Source: Promethearchaeota archaeon (GTDB lineage Archaea; Asgardarchaeota; Lokiarchaeia; Sigyniarchaeales; SOKP01). Taken from it: 64,000 nucleotides of DNA. Below are positions 28,119 to 38,280 of the stretch, in pieces. The first letter of the stretch is position 1. Every line of letters starts with the position of its first letter. The stretch is taken from contig JAEOTR010000057.1 in the NCBI GenBank assembly GCA_016839705.1, positions 1-64,000 of the forward strand, given 5' to 3'. A model generated the notes under the pieces. It was not told where the DNA came from. It did no database searches and saw only the letters and a list, made by a program, of their open reading frames with translations. The position numbers and the translations under genes were made by a program.

Positions 28119-31100
28119 CTATTCCTCCTCCTTTTTTTTGGATTCTTTTAATAAATTGGTTAATTTATCTCTTAAGGTAGGTTCAAATTTTAAAATTGAA
28201 TCTCTTGAACTCATATCAAAGATGTGCATTTCTGTTCTTTTTAATTCCCTTTTTCTTTTTTTATATTTATTATTTTGCCAAATATATGCAACCATAATTA
28301 TTAAAACTATGAGTGTAGGGAGGAATATATATCCAATTTGAGTTAGTTGCGGGGTGTTAATCTTTATATTTAGAACATTTGACAGTTCTTCTGTTCTATG
28401 TAGGTAATAAAAAGAAATACTAGCCGGATTTAAGGTCACAATTGACTGTCTTTTTGCTCTGATTGTGTAATTAAAGGTGAAAATTTCACCTGGTTTTAGG
28501 TTATCAATAAAAGCTACTAGTTTTCCTTGTGTTAATGAGAAATACAATTGAGAATAACTAATCATGTCGTTTACAATTATATCATTAACCTCAATTGTAC
28601 CTGTATTTTTCACGTCAATAAAAACCATTATTTCATCCCCAACTTCAATTTGGTCTTTACTAACAGATTTAATTAGTGAAAAGTTAATTTCTCCTAGGAT
28701 TATTTGGGGAGATTTTAAAATTTGTATAGTAGGTCCTTCAGAACTTTCAATAAAATTTATTGGAGGATAGAAATAACCTCTCCACCCTTTCTTTTTCAGA
28801 GTAATATTAAAGAATATATTTTCATTAAAGTTAATATCCTCAAAAAATATACTATCATTATCAATCCTAACTAGATCTCCGATTTGATCATTAATGGATA
28901 TATTTAAATTGGGGATTTTAAAACCTTTTGGACCAATATTTTTTAAAACATAAGATAAATTAAATTCAGATCCAATGTCGGGTACCTCATCCCAAGACGA
29001 ATTATAGCAAATATCAATAATTCTAATGAATGGAACCTTTAATAAATAATCTACAGGTGCTGTTAAATAAACTTGATTTGTAATAGACCTTAATTGAGAG
29101 GAATTTCCTGCGAGTACCTTTTCTGGGTTATCATAAGTAATTAAAACTTCACTTATCAATCGTGTATTTGGGATAGAAAAAGAAAAATTAATTGTTTTTT
29201 CCTCAAAAGGATTGAGGATAGATAAAAAGTATGTCAGATTGCCGTTCACAAGTGTAAAATCATTTGTATTATTAATAATCCCCGGAATTGACAATTCAAT
29301 GCTTATATTCTCAGCAATGTTTGATCCAATGTTTTTTAGGTTTATTATATAAGTATTAAGTGCTCCTGGTCTTGAACTATAGTTTGTGCAATAGCTAGTC
29401 GCCATAATTGATGCCATATCATAAGTGCTTAATGGTATTGAATTAGAGAAACGTTCAAATTGGACATTACTGCTTAACGAGCCAAACACAACCCGTGATC
29501 CAGTATCCTCATTAACGTTTATATCTCGAGTAGAAAATTCAATATCTAGGTTATCAATAGATATATTGAAGGCATCAGTATCAACACCCCTTATCTTAAA
29601 TAAAACTGAATAATTAACGGGATCTAAAGGATAGAACAACCAATTTAAACTTTCATTATTATTGATAAATGAAAATGTCCATGTATTATTCTCTATTGAA
29701 TCTAAAAAGGGAGTCATTTCAAGAAATTCTTCACAACTAAAATTAAAAATCTCAAAATTTAAGGATTCTAAATTCTCTCTTGTGGAAAAATTTATTATTA
29801 TTGAGATCCTCTCCAGATTTTTATCAATGAAATTTATAGTGGTATCATTTCTAAAGATAAAATCAATCTCGACCTGTTGATTTAAAAATAATTCCTCCGA
29901 TTCAATGACCCAACTTTCGTTATTCATAGTTAGTGCCATATCTGGTGAGGTGTTATCAACAGATGTTCCTGAAATTACTTCAGGAGTCTTAGGGGAATTA
30001 CCTATCGTAAAATTATTTGAATAAAAGGGTTCGAATGAATCTAAAGATGCAACTGACACATTTTCAACTTCATAAGTCAGAACTTCCCCTGGTTCTAGTT
30101 TCCAATTCTCATAGTTCCAAACACTATATTCATTAGTAAACATGTTCTTGAGTTCGTTAGGAGTTAATCCTAATACCGCTAATGCTGTGATTAGTTGAGG
30201 GTATCCAGTAATAATTATATCAATTACATTATCCATCTCGCTATTAAAAGGCCATAAGTTTGTAAAGTTTAAGATATCTGGGAAGAAAGTATCATAAATT
30301 CCTACCCCGAGTGAATCAAAAGAGAAAATTAAAGGATCTTTATCAAAATTAAAAAAATCTTCTAAAGAACTATATTGATTTGGGTATTCTATTCTCACAA
30401 TATCCCAAATCGTATTTTGAAATTCATCCGCTAATGGTTGATTCCCTAATGTAAGCAATAAGAAAAAGTCATTAAGTTCGAGTGGAATTGGAGTAGGTAC
30501 ACCCCAAGCAGTAATATTTCCTATATTTTCTGCAGTGATATTATAAGTAAAATCCCGATATACACCATAAGATGCATTATTTCCAACAAGATCTTTTTTA
30601 ATTATAATATTTGGCTCAGAAGAAGAACAATTATAGGTAATAATAAATTCTTCAGGAGGATTTATTATTCCTGTAGGTATATAAGGGAAACCACCAAACC
30701 CTAATTGTTGGAGTAAATTAACTATATCACCAGGATCATTAAGATTCACCAGCTTAACATAAGATTTTTTAAATCCTTCCTCATTTACCCAAAATAATTC
30801 AAAAGAATAATCTTTAAGAGTTTGAATATCAAATTCAAATCCTGCAAAGTATAACAATAAACTAATCTGTTCAAGCAGGTAATCATAAAATTCAAAATTA
30901 CTTGGTGTTTGATCAATAATATCAGTACATAATATATTTACCTCAATATCACTCATAAAAGCCCCTACTAAGGCAATATAGATTTTTTCACTTGGTGCTA
31001 ATGGCTTTCCTCTATAACCCAAAGAATCCCATAGATTAAATTTATACTGATTATTTCCAATCTTTTTTATTCCTTCACTCAATCCTTCATACTGAATCGT

Positions 31101-32045
31101 TAAACTTGTATAACTAGATTCATTTGATAAAGAAAAAGATCCCAAAATTTCAATAAATTGTTCTAATTCATCTTCTGAGATTGTAGCATTAAGTATTTCT
31201 CCGTAATTTTCAATTATAAGATTAAATTGGTCAATGAGTGCCTCCATTTCTAGATTTTCCAAGAAAGAAAAATCAAGCGTTTGAAAGTTGAAATTAAGTT
31301 GGTCGGTTGAGAAATCTGGTTCTTCTTCAATAAAACTAAGAGAATTTAGTATCATAAAAGTTGAAGATAAATGATAATTATTATAATATTCTTTGCTGAT
31401 TAAACGTGAAAGATCTAAAGCTTTCCAGTATCCATCCATTGGTATATTATTTGTAATCTCATCAAAGAATGAATCCCAATTGGGAGCATCTCCTACAAAT
31501 AAAAAGCAATTTGGTTTTGATCCATTTACTCTTATGAGATCAATTTCAAATTTTCTCTTAATGATTTCAAGGGCTCTTTCAGCTCTCAATTGAGCATCTA
31601 TCGTACCTAGTTCTTCGTCATAAGAAAGAAAACCAATAAAACTGTTAAATCCTAACTCATATTGAGATCCAAGCTTACTTTCGACTAAAAGTTTTGGAAA
31701 TATCCCAGGATTAATAGAATTAGAAGCACTAATAAGAGCATTACATTTATAAAAGGCTGGGTCATTTAAATCCAATTGGGAAAAAATATTTGTATCATTT
31801 GTAAAGAGTGATTGCTTTATAATAGATTTATTCCCTGCTACATAGGCATTAATTTGTTCTGCGTAAAGATCTGAACCCGCGATATCAGAAGTCGTCAATG
31901 TATTTTCTTCATCATTTTGATTCATAATCATATTGTTTTTAAAAAGAGAGTATCTTAATGAGTTATCTACTAACTGAACATAAACTGGGGTAAGAAAAAT
32001 AAAAAGAGTAAAAATTATGTGGATAGTTTTTTTAAGATTTTTCAT
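28119..32045 (-). CDS. Large membrane-anchored surface protein with DUF11/BatD-like Ig domains
   Basis: N-terminal hydrophobic signal, repeated xKNxG Ig-like modules, many N-x-S/T sequons, C-terminal TM and basic tail. Confidence 0.75.
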   Translation of the reverse strand: MKNLKKTIHIIFTLFIFLTPVYVQLVDNSLRYSLFKNNMIMNQNDEENTLTTSDIAGSDLYAEQINAYVAGNKSIIKQSLFTNDTNIFSQLDLNDPAFYKCNALISASNSINPGIFPKLLVESKLGSQYELGFNSFIGFLSYDEELGTIDAQLRAERALEIIKRKFEIDLIRVNGSKPNCFLFVGDAPNWDSFFDEITNNIPMDGYWKALDLSRLISKEYYNNYHLSSTFMILNSLSFIEEEPDFSTDQLNFNFQTLDFSFLENLEMEALIDQFNLIIENYGEILNATISEDELEQFIEILGSFSLSNESSYTSLTIQYEGLSEGIKKIGNNQYKFNLWDSLGYRGKPLAPSEKIYIALVGAFMSDIEVNILCTDIIDQTPSNFEFYDYLLEQISLLLYFAGFEFDIQTLKDYSFELFWVNEEGFKKSYVKLVNLNDPGDIVNLLQQLGFGGFPYIPTGIINPPEEFIITYNCSSSEPNIIIKKDLVGNNASYGVYRDFTYNITAENIGNITAWGVPTPIPLELNDFFLLLTLGNQPLADEFQNTIWDIVRIEYPNQYSSLEDFFNFDKDPLIFSFDSLGVGIYDTFFPDILNFTNLWPFNSEMDNVIDIIITGYPQLITALAVLGLTPNELKNMFTNEYSVWNYENWKLEPGEVLTYEVENVSVASLDSFEPFYSNNFTIGNSPKTPEVISGTSVDNTSPDMALTMNNESWVIESEELFLNQQVEIDFIFRNDTTINFIDKNLERISIIINFSTRENLESLNFEIFNFSCEEFLEMTPFLDSIENNTWTFSFINNNESLNWLFYPLDPVNYSVLFKIRGVDTDAFNISIDNLDIEFSTRDINVNEDTGSRVVFGSLSSNVQFERFSNSIPLSTYDMASIMATSYCTNYSSRPGALNTYIINLKNIGSNIAENISIELSIPGIINNTNDFTLVNGNLTYFLSILNPFEEKTINFSFSIPNTRLISEVLITYDNPEKVLAGNSSQLRSITNQVYLTAPVDYLLKVPFIRIIDICYNSSWDEVPDIGSEFNLSYVLKNIGPKGFKIPNLNISINDQIGDLVRIDNDSIFFEDINFNENIFFNITLKKKGWRGYFYPPINFIESSEGPTIQILKSPQIILGEINFSLIKSVSKDQIEVGDEIMVFIDVKNTGTIEVNDIIVNDMISYSQLYFSLTQGKLVAFIDNLKPGEIFTFNYTIRAKRQSIVTLNPASISFYYLHRTEELSNVLNIKINTPQLTQIGYIFLPTLIVLIIMVAYIWQNNKYKKRKRELKRTEMHIFDMSSRDSILKFEPTLRDKLTNLLKESKKKEEE

Positions 32046-32054
32046 AAGTTCCTC

Positions 32055-35000
32055 CTACATTGTCTCTCTATATATATCAACGATTTTCTTTTTTCTGGCT
32101 TTTCTTAAAAGAATTTTCATCCCGAAGAGTACCATAATTAAGGAAAGTAAAAAAATTAATCCTATATTGAAATAGGGTACATATATTACATTGGGTTGAC
32201 CAGTAAGGTTGCTTAAATTCGAAGTTACAATCCAAGCTGAAAGCCAACCAACCACTATTCCAATGGATCCACTACTAATTAATATTATTAGTGATTCAAT
32301 TATGAATAAACGATTTATCTCCTTTCCTTTTAACCCTAATGTTCTAATTATTCCAATTTCTTTCTTTCTTTCAAGAATCGTAGAATAAGATGATGAAAGT
32401 AATCCAAATATGCAAATAAATACCGTCGTCATTGCAATTAGAGTAAACAAAGTATCCATTACAAAAAAAGAAGATTCTTGAACACGAATTAATCTATCAA
32501 GATTGTAGATATTATATGTATAATCCAATCTGTAATTCTCATTTATAACAGATGCAATATAATAAGCTGAAGTTGATTTATCATCTCGGAGTTTAATAAA
32601 AATTCTGTCCAGATATGAAACAGGGGGAATATCCATTATTTTAATATAGGTTTGTTGAGATATTAAAACACCACCTCCCGATGCTTGCGCCGGAGATATT
32701 CCAAATTCTTGAGAAAAGCCGGGTACACTCTTTGCGGTCCCAACTATCTTGAAAGGATACGCTTCCATTTCATCACCACGATAAATTACAATTCTTATTT
32801 TATCACCACGTATTATGTTAAGATCGATAGAAATCGCCTCTGAGATAATACATGGGTAAAAAGGTTCATAATCATCAAATATATTCTTAAATGCTTTTTC
32901 TGCACTGCCAGAAGTCATCTCAATAAATTCTCTCTTCACAGTATACAAATATTGTTCATCTATACCGATTAATGTTATTTCTTGAGAGTCTAATCCGGCG
33001 TAATCACCAACTTCTGCCTTAAACTCTTTATCTGCTTCAGAATAAATTTGAGTCAATTGATAAGGTTTTGCTAAAACAGAAGACACCTTCTCAATCCCAT
33101 TAATTCCTAATAAAACTTCTTCAAATTCTACAGTTATAATTTTATTTGGATTAATATCCGCTTGTTGATTTTGCTTAGCTAGAACATCGAAATTTTCTTG
33201 TAATCCTTCATCTACATTATTTTTTATTGAAGTAGAGAAAAGTCCCCCTCCACCAAAACCTCCATTAAAACCATCTTCAGGCTCTTTCCATCCAGAGGTT
33301 TCAATTACTAAATCTGATCCATATGTAAGTTGAGTCTGGGCAGTTGATTGTGCCGAAAGTGTATTGATAACTGTCGAGGTGAAAATTACAAATGAAAATG
33401 ATAAAGCAAAAATAATAATTGTACTTGAATTTCTTCTTTGATATCGAAAGACGAATATTTTTATCACATTATGTAATCGTTTAGCCATTGGTCTAAATAT
33501 TAGGATTACTAATCTTAATATAATGGGTATTAATCCTAAACCTGCCAAGGTTAACCCAATATTAAATACAAGTAGAATTGATATTAATGTTCCTGCAAAG
33601 AGAGTAGCATCTGAGGAAATTAAGAACCTTGGGATAACAAAAAAAACAAATCCCCCATTAAATGCTAGTATTAGCCCCATGAGTAATAATTTGTAGTTCA
33701 CTGTGGATTTTTTTCGTAAATGATACAATGTATCTTCATGACGATATGGATGTATAGATTCAATTAATTGAAGACGCATCACTTTTAGAGCAGGAGATAT
33801 ACTAACTATCATTCCTACACTAATTCCCATTGTATAAGATATAGCTATTGACCACCACGTAAACGAAAAGTTTAATTGGGTGAAACCAAGCATGCTCGTA
33901 GTGATCACTCTATTTGCGAAGGGAATGATAAGAAAATTTGTCAGTAAATTGGCTGTAAATATCCCTAAAATTGTCCCAAAATTGCATAATAAGAAACCCT
34001 GCATTAAAACAATTGCAAGGTTATACTTTTTACTAGCCCCCAAAGTTCTAAACACACCAAACTCTCTTATTCTCTCCTCAACAGATGTTTTCAGAATTCC
34101 ACTTATTAGAACGCCAGAAATTAGCATTGCAACAATTGAAACAAATATGAAGACAATAACAATTAATATACTTACAAATTCGGAATATCCCAATATTCTC
34201 AATTTTGGTAGATCAATATTATATTCATTAATTCCAATAGCCATTTGAATATTGCTTGCGATACCTTTAACAATTGCCTTTGTTCCCTCAATATTTCTAA
34301 TATCATAGAGCGTGCTACTTTGTTGAAGCGTGAATATTAGCTCACTACAACGCCCATCAAACTCAGTGTAACCAAAATAATCATAGAGAGTATTAATATC
34401 AACAATTATAAGATGCCTATTTCGATATCTATCTGGCCATTTTAGATTGAAGTCAAAGATTGCATCTATTGTTAAGTTTTTACTAACTGATAAAGTTGTA
34501 TTTCCATGTGTTAATTGTAAATCTATTTCAATAACATCATGTAAAGAGTATTTTATAACCTCGTTGAACCCATAATAAATAGCACAGTGATCCATGGGTA
34601 GATCATCCAGATCAAGCCTACCTAACCTATTAGGATCCGTAAATTCTCCAAACCCTATTTGATTTTCTAGAGAAAAGTTGATAGCAGAAACTACAACCCA
34701 TTCTGTTTCACTTGTTTCTTTATTCTTTACACTTCCAGATACATCCATTCTTGGAATGAAACTAGCAACCCCATTTGTTGAATTTTGAATAGTCTCAACA
34801 ACCGGTTGAAATTGAAAATATGATGAACGATCTTCTGGTTCTCCTGTATAATGCCTTACAGAAATTGATCCATCTTGATTTCCGGCTTCTATTGTAAGAA
34901 AATCTACATAACTAGCAGAAATAGAATCAGATAAGAATAAAATAACTGTTAATAATCCTATTGAAATTAGAACTCCTACTATCGCAAATATTGTTCTAAC

Positions 35001-35057
35001 TCTCTGCTTTTTTAAGTCCGAAAACGCATATTTTAAAATTAATTTAAAATGGGTCAT
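32055..35057 (-). CDS. Double-length FtsX/MacB-type ABC permease
   Basis: ERIREFGVFRTLGA and ERKKEIGIIRTLG motifs; paralog of 20264-23191. Confidence 0.9.
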   Translation of the reverse strand: MTHFKLILKYAFSDLKKQRVRTIFAIVGVLISIGLLTVILFLSDSISASYVDFLTIEAGNQDGSISVRHYTGEPEDRSSYFQFQPVVETIQNSTNGVASFIPRMDVSGSVKNKETSETEWVVVSAINFSLENQIGFGEFTDPNRLGRLDLDDLPMDHCAIYYGFNEVIKYSLHDVIEIDLQLTHGNTTLSVSKNLTIDAIFDFNLKWPDRYRNRHLIIVDINTLYDYFGYTEFDGRCSELIFTLQQSSTLYDIRNIEGTKAIVKGIASNIQMAIGINEYNIDLPKLRILGYSEFVSILIVIVFIFVSIVAMLISGVLISGILKTSVEERIREFGVFRTLGASKKYNLAIVLMQGFLLCNFGTILGIFTANLLTNFLIIPFANRVITTSMLGFTQLNFSFTWWSIAISYTMGISVGMIVSISPALKVMRLQLIESIHPYRHEDTLYHLRKKSTVNYKLLLMGLILAFNGGFVFFVIPRFLISSDATLFAGTLISILLVFNIGLTLAGLGLIPIILRLVILIFRPMAKRLHNVIKIFVFRYQRRNSSTIIIFALSFSFVIFTSTVINTLSAQSTAQTQLTYGSDLVIETSGWKEPEDGFNGGFGGGGLFSTSIKNNVDEGLQENFDVLAKQNQQADINPNKIITVEFEEVLLGINGIEKVSSVLAKPYQLTQIYSEADKEFKAEVGDYAGLDSQEITLIGIDEQYLYTVKREFIEMTSGSAEKAFKNIFDDYEPFYPCIISEAISIDLNIIRGDKIRIVIYRGDEMEAYPFKIVGTAKSVPGFSQEFGISPAQASGGGVLISQQTYIKIMDIPPVSYLDRIFIKLRDDKSTSAYYIASVINENYRLDYTYNIYNLDRLIRVQESSFFVMDTLFTLIAMTTVFICIFGLLSSSYSTILERKKEIGIIRTLGLKGKEINRLFIIESLIILISSGSIGIVVGWLSAWIVTSNLSNLTGQPNVIYVPYFNIGLIFLLSLIMVLFGMKILLRKARKKKIVDIYRETM

Positions 35058-35095
35058 ACGTTCAAAATTTTTCGATTTTAGTCAATTTAAATGCT

Positions 35096-36274
35096 TTAAC
35101 GTAAAATTAAACGGTCATTCTCAATTTTGGCAAAGAGATTATTCTCTTCTATTAATTCTTGTAATATATCATTAAAATTTTCTGGTAAATTGGCAATAAT
35201 AAGACTTGGGATACTCTTCTTAATTTCACTTATCGCTATCTCAGCTTTACCTTGATTTGCGAAGAGATATTGGAAAATTTTACTTTTACACTTCTCTTTA
35301 TTAATCTCTGTTTCCTGTCTTCTTTGGAGTTGCATAATTTCAGTCTCTTTCAACCCACCTATTTTTCCTTCATGGGTAAGTTTTCCATCTCTCATATGGA
35401 AAACTTTCGTTGCGAATTCTGAAACAGCAGCGTCATGACTTACAGAAATAAAGGTTGCACCTCTTCGATTTAAATCTCTGAGCAGGTTCAAAATCATAAC
35501 TCCTGTTTTACTGTCAAGATCTCCTGTAGGTTCGTCAAGAATAACAATAGCAGGATCATTAGCAAAAGCTCTAGCAATCGCAACTCTCTGCTGTTCACCA
35601 CCACTTAATTCTGAAGGTGTGTGATGAGCTCGTTCATCTAATCCGACTAACCTCAAGAGATCCATTGATCTCTTTCTCTTTCCTCGACGACTAAGTTTAC
35701 CTGAAAAATGCAACGGAACCATCACATTTTCTATTGCGGTCATTTGGGGAAGTAAGTTATAAAACTGGAAGACAAAACCTATTCTTTCTCGCCGGATCTC
35801 GGCCAAATTGTTATCGTTCAGCATACTTATATTGCGACCCTCTAAGAAGATTTTTCCTCGAGTAGGTGTATCAAGACCTCCAATTAAATTTAGTAATGTC
35901 GTTTTTCCTGAGCCTGAAGGTCCCATTATATCAATGAAGTTCCCACTATCTATTACTAAATCAACCCCACGCAAGGCTGCCACTGCTGTGGTCCCTAATA
36001 GATAAGTTTTATGCAGGTTCTCAACAACTATTAAATGTTCATAATCCTTTCCAGCAATTTTATCACTTTTCGCATCTTTTTTCATTTTTTTCTTTTCTTC
36101 ACGAGACTGTGAAATTATTTCTAATTTCTGTTTCCTAATAGTTTCTTTTCCCTTCTTTTTTTTCCATTTTTCGAATTGTTTTGAAAGTTCTCCCTTCCAA
36201 ATTGCCAGTTTTCCAGTTTCCTCTTCATATTGTTCCATTAGTGGAGTTTTTTTTAAATATCGAGTATTAACCAT
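35096..36274 (-). CDS. MacB/LolD/FtsE-type ABC ATPase with N- and C-terminal extensions
   Basis: GPSGSGKT, GFVFQFYNL, LSGGEQQR, ILDEPTG and SHD motifs; start could be 36274 (ATG) or 36349 (GTG). Confidence 0.93.
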   Translation of the reverse strand: MVNTRYLKKTPLMEQYEEETGKLAIWKGELSKQFEKWKKKKGKETIRKQKLEIISQSREEKKKMKKDAKSDKIAGKDYEHLIVVENLHKTYLLGTTAVAALRGVDLVIDSGNFIDIMGPSGSGKTTLLNLIGGLDTPTRGKIFLEGRNISMLNDNNLAEIRRERIGFVFQFYNLLPQMTAIENVMVPLHFSGKLSRRGKRKRSMDLLRLVGLDERAHHTPSELSGGEQQRVAIARAFANDPAIVILDEPTGDLDSKTGVMILNLLRDLNRRGATFISVSHDAAVSEFATKVFHMRDGKLTHEGKIGGLKETEIMQLQRRQETEINKEKCKSKIFQYLFANQGKAEIAISEIKKSIPSLIIANLPENFNDILQELIEENNLFAKIENDRLILR

Positions 36275-36486
36275 ACGGAATCTGCTCTTTTTTAATTGTT
36301 CTTTATTCTCGATTACCAGATTGAAAATCTTTTTAAAATTTTTTAACACTATTATATCTTAATGTTAAATTAAATTTTATCAGATAATTAATCTATTATG
36401 GATAGGTAAATGTGAGAACTGTTTTAAAAATTGATGTTCTATTTTAGTAGAACGTTTAAAATCTGACTATAAAATTAGGGAAAGCT

Positions 36487-37218
36487 TTAATCTTCCCTAC
36501 TTTTTAAATGATCCATTATTTTAAGATAAATATCTTCCTTTGCATCTGGTTTGTTTCCAAAATTACTAGATTTTATAATAGATGGTAATTTAATCAATTC
36601 TTTTTTCGTATTAATCTCTAAAATTTTCGGATTTTTTGCGATCCACGATGGATTATGCGCTAAACCACTTACGTCATATTCAAGTTTTATTTTAACATTA
36701 GTTTTGAATTTTCCTTGTAAAAATTCTAATAATTCGCTTTTAATATTTACCACTAAGCTATTTATAATTGAATCAAAATTTTCGTAGAAAGGATTGATTA
36801 ATTTTTCCTCTACTAAATTAAAATTATGATTTGAGTCTAGAAATATTGCCCCAGATAATGCTTCAAAGACATCTGCTAAAATCCTTGTTCCCTTTATTTG
36901 CTGATTTCCACTTTTGAAAATAAAATTTTGTAAATTTATTCTATTTGCGACTATTTTTAAAGTGTTATCACTTTCTAATAAGGCTTTAATTTTAGTAATT
37001 TTTCCAGGATCTTGTATGCCCTGCTTATATAATTTTAATATAAATACTAGCTTTATTACCGCATCCCCGAGTGTTTCCAAATATTCATAACTAAGCTCTC
37101 CAGTTTCATTAGCAAGTCTTGGGGTTGTTAGGGATTGTACTAGATAATCTTCATTCTTAAACCTATAGCCAATAAAATCTTGAATTTTTCTTAATTTTTC
37201 TTCCTTGTTCATTACCAT
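36487..37218 (-). CDS. rnc: Ribonuclease III family protein with degenerate dsRBD
   Basis: YEYLETLGDA and ADVFEALSGAIFLD catalytic motifs; C-terminal KSELLEFLQ...GLAHNPSW. Confidence 0.85.
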   Translation of the reverse strand: MVMNKEEKLRKIQDFIGYRFKNEDYLVQSLTTPRLANETGELSYEYLETLGDAVIKLVFILKLYKQGIQDPGKITKIKALLESDNTLKIVANRINLQNFIFKSGNQQIKGTRILADVFEALSGAIFLDSNHNFNLVEEKLINPFYENFDSIINSLVVNIKSELLEFLQGKFKTNVKIKLEYDVSGLAHNPSWIAKNPKILEINTKKELIKLPSIIKSSNFGNKPDAKEDIYLKIMDHLKSRED

Positions 37219-37276
37219 CTTTAATATACAATTATTTTCAGTTAAATTTAAAAATTTAGAGAAAGCTTAATTAATT

Positions 37277-37699
37277 ATGGAAGGAGGAAATAAAGATAAA
37301 ATTCTTAGAATGATTGATGAAATTGAAAAAAAAAACTCAGAGATTGAAAATTATATTTCTAGTTTAGCAATTTTAACACGAAATGAATCCTTAAAGGAAA
37401 TCATGAAGGATATCATTGAAAAAAACAACATTCTACAAGAAATAGAAGGATCTAAAAGACCACACTTACACACTATAATAGATGAAAAAACAAGTTTTTT
37501 ACGTGAAAAGGTAGATAATTTTCTTTCTAAGATTCAAGAAAATCCTGCCAAAAAAATAATATATCTGAGAGAATTTCTTGATAATTTTGAGTCAATATCG
37601 AAAAATGATAAAGAAGTAATACTCAACTCCTTACAGGATGAGAAAAATAAGGATAAATTAAAAGAAAAAATGACTTCCTTAGTCACGATTTTTTTATAA
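37277..37699 (+). CDS. Hypothetical charged helical protein
   Basis: 140-aa ORF with coiled-coil-like composition, divergent from RNase III. Confidence 0.65.
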   Translation: MEGGNKDKILRMIDEIEKKNSEIENYISSLAILTRNESLKEIMKDIIEKNNILQEIEGSKRPHLHTIIDEKTSFLREKVDNFLSKIQENPAKKIIYLREFLDNFESISKNDKEVILNSLQDEKNKDKLKEKMTSLVTIFL

Positions 37700-37724
37700 T
37701 CTCAATATTCTGTTAGTAGATTAC

Positions 37725-38129
37725 TTATAGCCTAAACAACTGGAGTAAAATAAGGACTTTCTTTATACCTCTTATTTTTATTCTTCCAGTAAGGATTTTC
37801 CCGATAACTTTCCCAAGAGAGATTTCATCGCTTTCCAGAATTTCTAAAAAAATCGAGGTCTTTGCTTGAAGTAAACCATCCCAACCAAGAAGTTTCTTTT
37901 TCAAGTTCTTTTTTGGGGTATTTTTCATACCTTCTACATATATCTTACCGTTGTCAATCACCAATAATGCCGCATATTTTCCATCCTTGGCATTTAAAAG
38001 AACTTTTACTTCTGTATCTTTGAATTTCACCTTAAACTCCTCATTTTCATTTAGAGGTTCAACTAACCTAGATACAATTCCTGCAAAACCACGGAATTTT
38101 TTCTTTTTTTCATCAGACATAATAATCAT
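37725..38129 (-). CDS. SCP2 sterol/lipid-binding-like domain protein
   Basis: C-terminal ILTGRIKIRG motif and SCP2-like topology. Confidence 0.6.
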   Translation of the reverse strand: MIIMSDEKKKKFRGFAGIVSRLVEPLNENEEFKVKFKDTEVKVLLNAKDGKYAALLVIDNGKIYVEGMKNTPKKNLKKKLLGWDGLLQAKTSIFLEILESDEISLGKVIGKILTGRIKIRGIKKVLILLQLFRL

Positions 38130-38280
38130 TAATTTATAGATCTAAAATATCCCTAATCTCTTCTAAAATAATTTAACAAGTTAATTTTGAAAATATTAAT
38201 AAAGCTAAAAACAATTGGAAAATTTACAAATCTAAAGAAGAATAAGTAATCTAACATTAAAACTCCAATATAAGCCTGAT

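Noticed and set aside
20460-36005. Numerous 60-122 aa plus-strand ORFs inside the ABC/protease cluster (and similar short ORFs elsewhere)
   Set aside because: Antisense or alternate-frame shadows of long, well-supported genes.
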